NCBI GenBank assembly: GCA_002297935.1
Contig: DBLC01000097.1
Location: forward strand, 13,156-77,155
DNA from: Dialister sp. UBA734
GTDB taxonomy: Bacteria; Bacillota; Negativicutes; Veillonellales; Dialisteraceae
Length of the DNA stretch: 64,000 nt
Direction of reading: 5' to 3'
The stretch's first letter is position 1. Each line of letters begins with the position of its first letter. Below are positions 38,483 to 46,584 of this stretch, piece by piece. Position numbers and translations under genes: made by a program. Below the pieces are notes generated by a model. The model ran no database searches, was not told where the DNA came from, and saw only the letters and a program-made list of their open reading frames with translations.

Positions 38483-40350
38483 ACGGTTCCCAGTCCCGGT
38501 TCATTAATGCCCATGAGTTGCTGCAATGCGGGGTTCCCGTCATGGGCAGCGTCGGTTAGGTTTTTGGCCGCCTGTGCCGCCGGTGCTGCTGTCTGGGCTA
38601 TCGCCTGTGCCTGGGCGATTTGTTCTTGTTGCTGTGCCAATTCCTGTTCTTGCTGAATCATCTGATAGACTTCTTCGTTGGAGCGTTGGATTTTGGCTGG
38701 TGCACCCAAGAGCGAGAAGTATTCGGATACGGTACCCACTGGGTCTACTTTCTTGATAACATCCGGCCATACCTGGGCCATTTGTCCTACAAAGGCTATA
38801 GCCTGTTCGATGTTGGTTAAACCGCTCATCTTCTGGGCTTGTGCCAATGGGGAAATGTATTCGATTTTGACTTCTTCTTCCTGGAAGCGTTCGGCAATGT
38901 CTTCTGGGATTGGCGGGAAGGCTCCCATTCTTTCCAGAATGTTGTAGGCTCTTTCTATCAGTGGGGATAGGAATTCGTCTTGCAGTCTTTCAACTACTGG
39001 CCCTAGCTGTTGCAGTTTTTCCTGTTGCAGGGCCATAACTTCTCTCGCTGTCTTTTGCGGATCATCTACGCTATTTGATAGCATGAGGAAAAGGTCAGCG
39101 GAGTAGATGCGTTTGATGGTGTCTGCAGTTTCTTGGATGGTCTGATAAATCCACTGGGGATTCCCTTGTACCTGGAAGAGTGGCCGGATTTGGTTTTGTC
39201 CGGTCATTTGCTCTTTTGTATATCCTCCGGGGATAAGGTTGATCTTTTTGATTTCTGGTGGACCAACTACTGGTGGTTTCACCATGATTTCAATCAAGGT
39301 CAATAGGTCTTTCTTTTTGACTGCTAGTTCTGCGGCTTCTGGTCTGGCATACCATCCAGGGCCTCTGCCGTATGCGTCTTGGCCGTTTACCTGGTAACGA
39401 GCTACCGGGACAGGAAATTCTTCAAATCCTCCACAATAGAGGTATTCGTTCCCGTGCCCTTCTAGCCAGTACAGTGAGGTGTACGGCATGTTTTTATTTC
39501 CCGGCATGCCAGGGATTCGTTTGTCATTAGGCATAACTAGCCAGATGACGGTCATTTGCTGGGAGTATTTGTTATTGTTCTTCAGTGCGTCTTTGACGAT
39601 CTGCGGCAAGTTGTCTTCTCCGAATTGTTCCTGGATTTGGACTGGTGTCATTTTGAACTTTCTGCAGAAGGTGTTGACGCGTCCTCCCGGCCCGGTGTCT
39701 AAGCAATAGGTTCCAATTGTGTAGTTTTGAAATCTAATGCCGGTTTCCATGGATGGAAATACACCTAAAGGTGCTTGGCCAAAAGGCAATTCCATATAGC
39801 ATGTATGGATGCAATTGTAGAAGTTTGATTTGTGCAGGTAGTATTCCAGGATTTTCTGCCGCTGGTCCAGTACTGACATGGCTTCTACGTCTTCATCAGC
39901 TTCATTTCGGGAAAATCCCATCTTGAACCATTGTCTGGAAGGCGGGGTAAGTCCACTCATGACGCCGGCCCCAAAGGCTACGTCGGCCATCCAGGCGGTG
40001 CTATCCACCATTTTCTGGTCTCGCTTTCCGCCTCGATTATTTGTGTCTCCAGTACTTTCAAATTCTCCCAGGTATGGAAGTTGTATGTCCCGGATTTCTT
40101 TCCACCTTTCTTCCCAGTTGGTACGGTTGTCATAAAGAGCTTTTACACGGGCTGCGGCGACTTCTCGTTTGATTGTTTTGACAGGTCCGTCTGCTGGTAT
40201 GTATTCTGGGTCAAAGGTGTCGGCTGCCAGGCTACCCAAGGGTATTCTTCCCTTGTGCCTGTGTTGCCAAGGTGGTTGCCGCAAAGCCCTGGCGGAGTTT
40301 TCTCTTTCTGGCTGCTTCTGCATCAGAAGAGCCAGATGCGTTAATTTCAC
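38479..40350 (-). CDS. Portal protein (start uncertain)
   Basis: Up to 623 aa, immediately downstream of terL. The open frame overlaps the well-supported 67-aa gene at 40232-40435, so the real start may be the TTG at 40239 or later. Confidence 0.7.
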   Translation of the reverse strand: MKLTHLALLMQKQPERENSARALRQPPWQHRHKGRIPLGSLAADTFDPEYIPADGPVKTIKREVAAARVKALYDNRTNWEERWKEIRDIQLPYLGEFESTGDTNNRGGKRDQKMVDSTAWMADVAFGAGVMSGLTPPSRQWFKMGFSRNEADEDVEAMSVLDQRQKILEYYLHKSNFYNCIHTCYMELPFGQAPLGVFPSMETGIRFQNYTIGTYCLDTGPGGRVNTFCRKFKMTPVQIQEQFGEDNLPQIVKDALKNNNKYSQQMTVIWLVMPNDKRIPGMPGNKNMPYTSLYWLEGHGNEYLYCGGFEEFPVPVARYQVNGQDAYGRGPGWYARPEAAELAVKKKDLLTLIEIMVKPPVVGPPEIKKINLIPGGYTKEQMTGQNQIRPLFQVQGNPQWIYQTIQETADTIKRIYSADLFLMLSNSVDDPQKTAREVMALQQEKLQQLGPVVERLQDEFLSPLIERAYNILERMGAFPPIPEDIAERFQEEEVKIEYISPLAQAQKMSGLTNIEQAIAFVGQMAQVWPDVIKKVDPVGTVSEYFSLLGAPAKIQRSNEEVYQMIQQEQELAQQQEQIAQAQAIAQTAAPAAQAAKNLTDAAHDGNPALQQLMGINEPGLGTV

Positions 40351-40435
40351 TAGAGGTAACGTTGTTAACTGCCGGGTCTACTTTCTGTATTTCCGGTGTT
40401 TTTACGCTTCCTCCTCCGAATAAGGATCCACACAT
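40232..40435 (-). CDS. Small Gly/Ser-rich protein between terL and portal
   Basis: 67 aa, MCGSLFGGGS...KRKLRQGFAATTLATQAQGKNTLG. Strong SD aaggagg 7 nt upstream. Confidence 0.5.
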   Translation of the reverse strand: MCGSLFGGGSVKTPEIQKVDPAVNNVTSSEINASGSSDAEAARKRKLRQGFAATTLATQAQGKNTLG

Positions 40436-40453
40436 GTTTATTACCTCCTTTTT

Positions 40454-41869
40454 CTAGTTGTATGGGTCATAGTCGGTATTGACTATGGACTCTGTGGTTT
40501 GGACGATTTGCAGCGCAAAGGTTAAGGCTAAGGCGTCTGCGTCATTTGGTGACGGGATACCCTGTTTTTTCATTTCGTCTTTGGACTTTAGCTGGATGCG
40601 CCCGTCCATGGTTGGTTTGAGTTCGACGTGGGTTAAATCGTCTATGAGGACTTGATCGTCCTCTATGACGCCGCCGGTCTGGAACCACTTTTTCATTTCG
40701 TACCACATGTAGGCCCGCATGTTGACGCACGCTAGGGTCGGTGAACTGTTGGCAAAGGAAATGAGGTTCCATTGCCTTCCCATAGTCAATCCGGCAGAGT
40801 AAATGCCTTGCCCATATCCCAGGTCGATATTGACAGCAGCCGCATTGTACTTGTCTTCGTATCTGGCTATAAGATTGGCAATTTCTACGTCATTGTCGTT
40901 GCGCGGAATCCTAGCCAGTTTTTTTGAGTAAAGGCCTTGCCGCAAATAAATGGATGTAGCGTCTCCGCCAGTCCATGCAGGATCTACGCCTATGATGGCC
41001 GGGGCGAAATTGTACTGGTGTGGGTGCAGGTTCTTTCCAGTTGCGTCTTTGACTAGTTTCAGCGGGATAAACTGCAGGTCAGAGGCGTCCGGAAATTCTC
41101 CGGTGACGCGGACTTTGAAAAAGTCGGAGTCTTCTCCATAGGCTTCTTTCCATTGGTTGATTTTGACTTTATCCGAAAATCTCACGGATCTAGAGTCTAC
41201 TTGCAGGTTGTTCCAGTAGGGCCGGAATTTATGAAAGGCGTCGTAGAATCTGCCGGTGTTTCTGGTAGGGTTCCCGAAGGCACACCATAAACGCTCGGTG
41301 TTGGCGTCGTTGATAGCGCCTTCTGCCACTTCCCAGATTTTGTCGTCGATAGCTGACGCTTCATCGAATATCAGGAAGGTGCGGTTTCCTTGGTTGTGCA
41401 GCCCGGCGAATGCTTCCGGGTTGGATACGCTCCATGGGATGGCATCGGCTCGCCAGTTCTTTTCTCGTCCGGGCTCGGTAGCGAATATCGCCGTGGCCGT
41501 GACTTTGAAAAGGTCTCTAGCAATGAACATAGCGTGCCATTTCATCAGCTCCGGCCATGTTTTTGTGAGGAGCTGGGTCTCAGTATTGGCTGTGACTACG
41601 CCTCTGGTGTTCTCATGAGTACTTATAGCCCATAGGATGAGCCATGATACCAGCGCGGATTTCCCGATACCGTGGCCGGAGGCTACGGCTTCCTGGACAA
41701 CTCGATCGGGCGAGATGTTCTTTCCGATATGTTTGAGGATCTTTTTCTGCCATTCTTCAGGGCCGGTTTGATTCTGCAGCAGTCCTTCTCCCCACGGGAA
41801 GGCCCAATAGACAAAAGCTAATGGGTCGCGGGATAAATCCGCCAGATCATTCACTATGTCTTGATTCAT
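40454..41869 (-). CDS. terL: Terminase large subunit
   Basis: 471 aa. Walker A-like ASGHGIGKSALVS, Walker B TFLIFDEASAIDD, C-terminal nuclease-like half. Confidence 0.9.
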   Translation of the reverse strand: MNQDIVNDLADLSRDPLAFVYWAFPWGEGLLQNQTGPEEWQKKILKHIGKNISPDRVVQEAVASGHGIGKSALVSWLILWAISTHENTRGVVTANTETQLLTKTWPELMKWHAMFIARDLFKVTATAIFATEPGREKNWRADAIPWSVSNPEAFAGLHNQGNRTFLIFDEASAIDDKIWEVAEGAINDANTERLWCAFGNPTRNTGRFYDAFHKFRPYWNNLQVDSRSVRFSDKVKINQWKEAYGEDSDFFKVRVTGEFPDASDLQFIPLKLVKDATGKNLHPHQYNFAPAIIGVDPAWTGGDATSIYLRQGLYSKKLARIPRNDNDVEIANLIARYEDKYNAAAVNIDLGYGQGIYSAGLTMGRQWNLISFANSSPTLACVNMRAYMWYEMKKWFQTGGVIEDDQVLIDDLTHVELKPTMDGRIQLKSKDEMKKQGIPSPNDADALALTFALQIVQTTESIVNTDYDPYN

Positions 41870-42320
41870 CGCGTCTCTCCCTCGCTTTCTTTAATGCCTC
41901 TGTCATGCCAACGTTGCCGGAGAGTTCCACTTCTTGTTTGTCTCTCCAGTCTTTCGGTTTTCGATTCTTGAGCCAGAAGATGCCTGCTGTGGTATCCGGT
42001 GGAAGTTCTCTGGTCTTCTCTGTTGTGGTTTCTGTGACAGTTCCATCAGGGTTCTTGATGGTGCTTTTGATAGTCTCTTTGACTGTGCAGCCCACGGCTT
42101 TTTTAAACAGTGCATTTTCGACGATGATGTCCGCTACTGCTTTATTAATATTTAGGGCCTCGGAAATCTCGGGATGTTTCTTCTTCCAATCGTAGAGTGT
42201 AGCCACGTTGATTCCTATGTTGTGGGCTATGTCTTCATCGGTCAGTCCATTGCGAGCCCACGCGCCAATTTGTAGTAGGCCGTTTTTAGTTACCCACTTC
42301 TGCCATTTTCCTTTTGCCAT
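41847..42320 (-). CDS. terS: Terminase small subunit
   Basis: 157 aa from ATG 42320 (SD ggagg). HTH-like LTDEDIAHNIGINVATLYDWKKKH and PPDTTAGIFWLKNRKP blocks. Overlaps the terL start. Confidence 0.75.
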   Translation of the reverse strand: MAKGKWQKWVTKNGLLQIGAWARNGLTDEDIAHNIGINVATLYDWKKKHPEISEALNINKAVADIIVENALFKKAVGCTVKETIKSTIKNPDGTVTETTTEKTRELPPDTTAGIFWLKNRKPKDWRDKQEVELSGNVGMTEALKKARERRDESRHSE

Positions 42321-42345
42321 GAGCTCGCCTCCTTTCTTCCCATGC

Positions 42346-42372
42346 AAAAACCCGCCTGGCTATGGCGGGTTT
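42346..42372 (-). terminator. Intrinsic terminator between late regulator gene and terS
   Basis: Minus strand reads AAACCCGCC-atagcca-GGCGGGTTTTTG. It sits only about 25 nt upstream of the terS SD. Confidence 0.7.
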
Positions 42373-42406
42373 CTGGCAGTCTCTTATTCAGTTGTTCCAC
42401 ATTACC

Positions 42407-42415
42407 ATTATAGCA
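42407..42415 (-). promoter_or_regulatory. Extended -10 element TGCTATAAT (minus strand)
   Basis: Perfect TGnTATAAT 35 nt upstream of the terminator. No good -35. Confidence 0.4.
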
Positions 42416-42426
42416 GGTTTGAAAGT

Positions 42427-42885
42427 TCACTTTTGTCCCGTCTTTTTATTGGCGGTTTTCTTCGTGTTTGTCGCAATTTCCCGGATTCCCCTCTTACGAA
42501 AAGCAAAAATTCTTGTTTTTGAGTAGTTGTGACTTTGGATAATATCGTCCCATTTCAGATTTCTCAAGTACCGGTCTATCAGAATGGACTGTGCTTCTTC
42601 GTTTTTGCAGAGAGCTATGAGGGTATAGGCGTCTTTTTTGAGTGTGATCATTTTGTCTACTTGCATCAGGTAGCGGTGGATCAGACGCGCACGTCTGGTT
42701 TCTATTCTGGATAAGGTGGCGGAGATATCGCTTTCTTTTCCGCCGGACGTTTTGGGAATTTGAGGATTGATGGCTTTCGGTCCTACGGTTTCAAGGAAAT
42801 GTTCTAATTCGCCTTTGATAGAGTCCAGCAGGTTTTGCTGCCGGTAGACTTTTTGTAGGATTCGCAATACCTGCTGTTCTGTCAT
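42427..42885 (-). CDS. Late-gene transcriptional regulator (sigma-70 region-4 / ArpU-RinA-like)
   Basis: 152 aa. C-terminal ILIDRYLRNLKWDDIIQSHNYSKTRIFAFRKRGIREI looks like a sigma region-4 HTH. Positioned just upstream of terS. Confidence 0.55.
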   Translation of the reverse strand: MTEQQVLRILQKVYRQQNLLDSIKGELEHFLETVGPKAINPQIPKTSGGKESDISATLSRIETRRARLIHRYLMQVDKMITLKKDAYTLIALCKNEEAQSILIDRYLRNLKWDDIIQSHNYSKTRIFAFRKRGIREIATNTKKTANKKTGQK

Positions 42886-42893
42886 GTTGCCTC

Positions 42894-43397
42894 CTAGAAT
42901 GGAATTTCTTCACTAGGACCGTCTGTTGGAAACGGCTCGTGGTCTTGCTGGCTTGGCCCAAACTGGTTGAATCCGTTATTGGGTTGGCTGGAATTGTTTG
43001 TATGAGGTGCAGTGTTACTTTGTTTCTGCTGGCTCCACTGGTCGCCATAGGTCGGTGGATTCGGTGCTGTTTCTTTTGGCGTTAATGGCTGCCAGATGCC
43101 TTCAGCTACGACTTCCGATACCCAATGTCTCTGTCCGTCCGGGGTATCATAGGAGCGGGTATTGTAGTAACCGGATACTTTGCAGCGATATCCTTTTTTT
43201 AGACAGTTTCCCACGGATTCGGCCAACGTTCCCCAGGCCACGACATTGACCCACTGGGTGAGTTCTTTTACTTCGCCTTGTGGGGTGGTGTATCTACGGC
43301 TCGTGGCCACCGTAAAGGATGCTACGGCTCTTCCTGTTTTGGTGGCACGGATAATAGGATCTCGTGCCAGGTTCCCTTCGATTTCTACGCTATTCAA
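42894..43397 (-). CDS. ssb: Single-stranded DNA-binding protein
   Basis: 167 aa. OB-fold N-terminus (VEIEGNLARDPIIRATKTGRAVASFTVA...WVNVVAWG), Gln/Pro/Asn-rich linker, acidic tip EEIPF. Confidence 0.9.
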   Translation of the reverse strand: MNSVEIEGNLARDPIIRATKTGRAVASFTVATSRRYTTPQGEVKELTQWVNVVAWGTLAESVGNCLKKGYRCKVSGYYNTRSYDTPDGQRHWVSEVVAEGIWQPLTPKETAPNPPTYGDQWSQQKQSNTAPHTNNSSQPNNGFNQFGPSQQDHEPFPTDGPSEEIPF

Positions 43398-43866
43398 CTT
43401 TTGTCACCTTCCAGTCTTTCAATTCTTCCGGCTTTTCAAAGAGATTCATTTGCGCCCGGTGATTGTTTATATATTTTGTCGCTTCTTCTAGGATTCTCAG
43501 GGCAGACTTGTCCGGGCTCCATTCGCTGCCAAAATCAAAGCGAAGATGAATCGAAGTACACCAGATGGTTCCACCGATTTCATGGTCTCCCCATACTTCG
43601 TATGTATCCGGGTAGGCTTCTCCATCTTTGTATGCAAATGAAATGGCTTCGATTCCAAGCCTGTTCCGCTTAATAAATTCTTCGCCCGACTTTCCTTGAT
43701 ATCCCAACATTAAAGCAAAGTTCGTTTTGATGTCTAAAGCCAATTCAGAAAAAGCAGTGTAGTATTCTGGGGCTGCTTTCTCTCTTGACGTTAATGTTTT
43801 GCTATCTATCCCTTCTTCATAGGAAATCTTGATGGCTTTTCCGTTTTTGATTTTTGTGATTTTCAT
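43390..43866 (-). CDS. Hypothetical early protein
   Basis: 158 aa, coupled to neighbours. No motif recognised. Confidence 0.5.
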   Translation of the reverse strand: MKITKIKNGKAIKISYEEGIDSKTLTSREKAAPEYYTAFSELALDIKTNFALMLGYQGKSGEEFIKRNRLGIEAISFAYKDGEAYPDTYEVWGDHEIGGTIWCTSIHLRFDFGSEWSPDKSALRILEEATKYINNHRAQMNLFEKPEELKDWKVTKVE

Positions 43867-43967
43867 TGTCTATCTCCTCTCCTCGCTGCGATGCAGAGAC
43901 TTATGGTAAAAAGCGCAATAAAAGCACCAGCAAAGGCGCCGGCTAGAAATGTAAATATACCTGTCAT
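43863..43967 (-). CDS. 34-aa hydrophobic micro-protein
   Basis: MTGIFTFLAGAFAGAFIALFTISLCIAARRGDRQ. SD aaggag. ATGA overlaps at both ends. Confidence 0.35.
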   Translation of the reverse strand: MTGIFTFLAGAFAGAFIALFTISLCIAARRGDRQ

Positions 43968-44512
43968 GGTTTTGCTCCTTTCGGGTGGGTGTCTCTCCGT
44001 TCTTTGTATTGCTCTTTCCTCCTGGCTTTACGGCATGTATCGCTGCAGATTTGGGTCCTCGGTTTATTTGTGATGAAAGGTTTCCCGCATACAATACAGG
44101 TTCTTTTCCATGTTCCCGCTCTAGGGCTCCCGTCTAAGTAAATAGATTTCCCTTTCTTAGGGTTACGCCTGGCTGCTTGGCGTTTGTTTTCATTGGCACA
44201 TTCTTCACTGCATGTGGTAGAGGTTCTACTCATAGTTTCAAAATGTTTTCCGCAAATCTTACAGGTTCTTTCAAAGAAACGGCCTTCTTTTCTTTGACGG
44301 TCTTTCCAGGCTTCATAGGATTCCGGAGTCATAATCTGCTGATATTTGCAAAAGGTCTCTTCAATTCTTCCATCTTGCAGTTCTTTCTTGAGTGTGGCGC
44401 CACAAGCAATGACGGATTCGATTTGGTACTCAGTTGGGAACCCTCCAATTCCGCAAGCATAGACTTTAGTTCCTGGAGTCTTGTCTTGCTTTTCCCATTC
44501 GTTTTTATTCAT
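43964..44512 (-). CDS. Zinc-ribbon protein (two CxxC...CxxxC units)
   Basis: 182 aa. CKICGKHF...CSEEC and CIVCGKPF...CSDTC followed by basic tails. Confidence 0.55.
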   Translation of the reverse strand: MNKNEWEKQDKTPGTKVYACGIGGFPTEYQIESVIACGATLKKELQDGRIEETFCKYQQIMTPESYEAWKDRQRKEGRFFERTCKICGKHFETMSRTSTTCSEECANENKRQAARRNPKKGKSIYLDGSPRAGTWKRTCIVCGKPFITNKPRTQICSDTCRKARRKEQYKERRDTHPKGAKP

Positions 44513-45236
44513 TCTGCCTCCCTCGCTTTCTAAACCGGGCTATCTGCAGTGGGTAGCCTTCGTTGGTGTAGGTGTTGATAACTTCATACAGTTCCATTCC
44601 TTTCGGGGACAATGGTCTTTCTTTCCACGTCCTGGAGTGAATGGTCCTGTAATAGACTTTGGGCTTCTTGAGATTTCTGGATGCGATATAGCTTACCTTC
44701 TGATCACCTTCTCGGATCGAGCGGCCGGTCTCTTTTATCAGGTAGGACGCCATGCGCTTGGCGTCTTCCGGCTCGCCGTCATAATGCAGATACGCAAAGT
44801 AGTTGATCATCCCCTCTTTCCAACACTCCTGCACCAGGTCTCTAGTACATAGCCCATCCTCGTAGTTCAGGAGTAGATGGTGGTGGATTCTCTTTCCTTT
44901 GCTTTCTGTGGTGTAGATGTACTTCAGTTCTTTTCCAGCCTTTTTGTATTTCCTTCTCAGGGTCCGGAGAAACTTCCCGATTTTCTTCTTGGCTTCCTGG
45001 TAACTCTCCGGTTCGTCAGCATAGGTCAGGGTCAGGTAAATATCGTCCCACTTGAAATTGGTCAGGATAATTCGTCTCAGTTTTTCTTCCCGACGCTTGG
45101 AATTGACTTTCTTTACATCATCCGGGGTTTGATTGAAATTGGGGATCCTTGTTTTCTTTCCTCCCAGACGCGGGGTGAAATATTTTTTGGTCTCTTTCCC
45201 ACCGGGGTATTCAAAAATCTCTTTTCGGTATGGCAT
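44505..45236 (-). CDS. HUH rolling-circle replication initiator (Rep)
   Basis: 243 aa from ATG 45236 (SD ggagga). RCR motif I YLTLTY, motif II RIHHHLLL (HUH), motif III MASYLIKE (YxxK). Confidence 0.75.
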   Translation of the reverse strand: MPYRKEIFEYPGGKETKKYFTPRLGGKKTRIPNFNQTPDDVKKVNSKRREEKLRRIILTNFKWDDIYLTLTYADEPESYQEAKKKIGKFLRTLRRKYKKAGKELKYIYTTESKGKRIHHHLLLNYEDGLCTRDLVQECWKEGMINYFAYLHYDGEPEDAKRMASYLIKETGRSIREGDQKVSYIASRNLKKPKVYYRTIHSRTWKERPLSPKGMELYEVINTYTNEGYPLQIARFRKRGRQNE

Positions 45237-45268
45237 GTGTCCTCCAAATAATACTCTTAACAAGGGGG

Positions 45269-45289
45269 AAAAGAGAGCTGAAAGCTCCC
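45269..45289 (-). terminator. Weak terminator / attenuator-like hairpin in the rep leader
   Basis: Minus strand GGGAGCU-uuc-AGCUCUC (one G-U pair) followed by UUUUCCCCC. About 30 nt upstream of the rep start. Confidence 0.35.
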
Positions 45290-45314
45290 TTTTTATCGGC
45301 CTTGTATGGACTTT

Positions 45315-45668
45315 TCAAAGGACATATGATATACTTTCATATAGAGATTCGTTGATGTATTCATACATCCGTGGCACCTGTTTCAGCAGGTGCCTTTTTT
45401 TTGTGCAGGTTTCGTTGTTGGCCGGTGTGGCCGCCACGTGATAGTTACAATCGGTGCAATGCTCCATATGTATATTTTTCTTATATATAGGGCACGTGAT
45501 AGCACAATGGATTTCTTTGCCGCAAATGGCACAATAGATATCATTGGCATTTAGAATGGCAGTCCGGGTCGCTTCTCTGGCATGCACCCTTTCCGGGTCT
45601 TCTGTATACGGGTAGTTTCGGAAGTGCTGTACAGTTTTTCCAACTCTTCGGAATGTTTTTCTTCCCAT
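45315..45668 (-). CDS. Cys/His-rich hypothetical protein
   Basis: 117 aa (CAICGKEIHCAITCPIYKKNIHMEHCTDCNYH). 5' end overlaps the HNH gene by 118 nt, and the 3' end contains the plus-strand terminator hairpin, so the boundaries are uncertain. Confidence 0.4.
   Translation of the reverse strand: MGRKTFRRVGKTVQHFRNYPYTEDPERVHAREATRTAILNANDIYCAICGKEIHCAITCPIYKKNIHMEHCTDCNYHVAATPANNETCTKKRHLLKQVPRMYEYINESLYESISYVL
45342..45402 (+). ncRNA. Candidate antisense small RNA (about 60 nt)
   Basis: Plus-strand promoter TGGACT-17 bp-TGaTATACT (45307-45335). Then hairpin GATGTAT/ATACATC. Then a textbook terminator GGCACCTG-tttcag-CAGGTGCC-T8 (45373-45402). It is antisense to the minus-strand early operon just upstream of rep. 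Confidence 0.35.
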
Positions 45669-45958
45669 TGTTTTACTGCCTCACTTTCCAGATATTTCAT
45701 GGCTGTTTTCTGCCATTCCTTATCTACGCTGCCCCAACCGTTATGGAAGGTGTAGAAGTGCACCGCCGGAGAGAGGGAAATAAGGTTATCCGCGATATCT
45801 TCTCCCCCACTTCCTACGGGTTTGACGTGATGGACGTGGATTCTTTCTCCCGGAAATGGGATTCCCAATGTTTCTTCGTAGGTCTCCCAACATTCACCGT
45901 CTCGTTCTTTGACTAGATCAAACAGTTTATGCAGGTTAGGCTTTGATAATTTAATCAT
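45551..45958 (-). CDS. HNH endonuclease
   Basis: 135 aa from ATG 45958. HVHHVKPVGSGGEDIADNLISLSPAVH is an HNH core. Confidence 0.7.
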   Translation of the reverse strand: MIKLSKPNLHKLFDLVKERDGECWETYEETLGIPFPGERIHVHHVKPVGSGGEDIADNLISLSPAVHFYTFHNGWGSVDKEWQKTAMKYLESEAVKQWEEKHSEELEKLYSTSETTRIQKTRKGCMPEKRPGLPF

Positions 45959-45959
45959 C

Positions 45960-46331
45960 TTATATGCCCCTAACCTTTTCCAAAAGTTCCACGATTTGAA
46001 TAACCTGCTCGATTTCATTGCAGATTTGTTTTCCAATGATTAGATTTTCTTCTTGGGTAAAATTACCTATCCGGCAGAGTAGCTTTTCCCGTCTCGCTAT
46101 TCTTTCTTCTTCTTTGAGCTTTTCAACTAGATCGGTTGTATATCTATCGCAGCGTTTTTTACATTGCAGCAGCCCAATCATTGATCCGATGTGGATCATC
46201 CGAATAGTTTTGTCCGTTTCAGCTTCCGCATATTCTGCTTGTCTGTCAGCTTGCCGTTCCAGCCAGCCCTCCAATTCTTCCCACTTATTTTTCGTATTCC
46301 CTTGGCTATAGCTTTCCATTTTGCCCTCCAC
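45960..46331 (-). CDS. Hypothetical early protein
   Basis: 123 aa, helical. No motif recognised. Confidence 0.5.
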   Translation of the reverse strand: MEGKMESYSQGNTKNKWEELEGWLERQADRQAEYAEAETDKTIRMIHIGSMIGLLQCKKRCDRYTTDLVEKLKEEERIARREKLLCRIGNFTQEENLIIGKQICNEIEQVIQIVELLEKVRGI

Positions 46332-46360
46332 ACGTGTACTTTCTTGTTAACCTTTGATAG

Positions 46361-46579
46361 TTAGTCATGATTTCCCAGCTTCTTTCTCCTGAGTTTAGTA
46401 CCAGGCCCCTCATCTAAGACGTACCGTATGGACGGTTTCGGGGCACTGGCTCTCAGGTAGGCATGGCAGTCGCGGTGGGTATAAACATATTTCCCGTTTA
46501 TCTTCTCTACCATGGCTTCTTTTGTGCTTATGGGTTTACCACACCTGGCGCAGTATTTCTTTTTCATGTTTTTACTCAT
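46361..46579 (-). CDS. Small zinc-finger protein
   Basis: 72 aa. CARCGKPI...HRDCH. Confidence 0.5.
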   Translation of the reverse strand: MSKNMKKKYCARCGKPISTKEAMVEKINGKYVYTHRDCHAYLRASAPKPSIRYVLDEGPGTKLRRKKLGNHD

Positions 46580-46584
46580 TCTGT

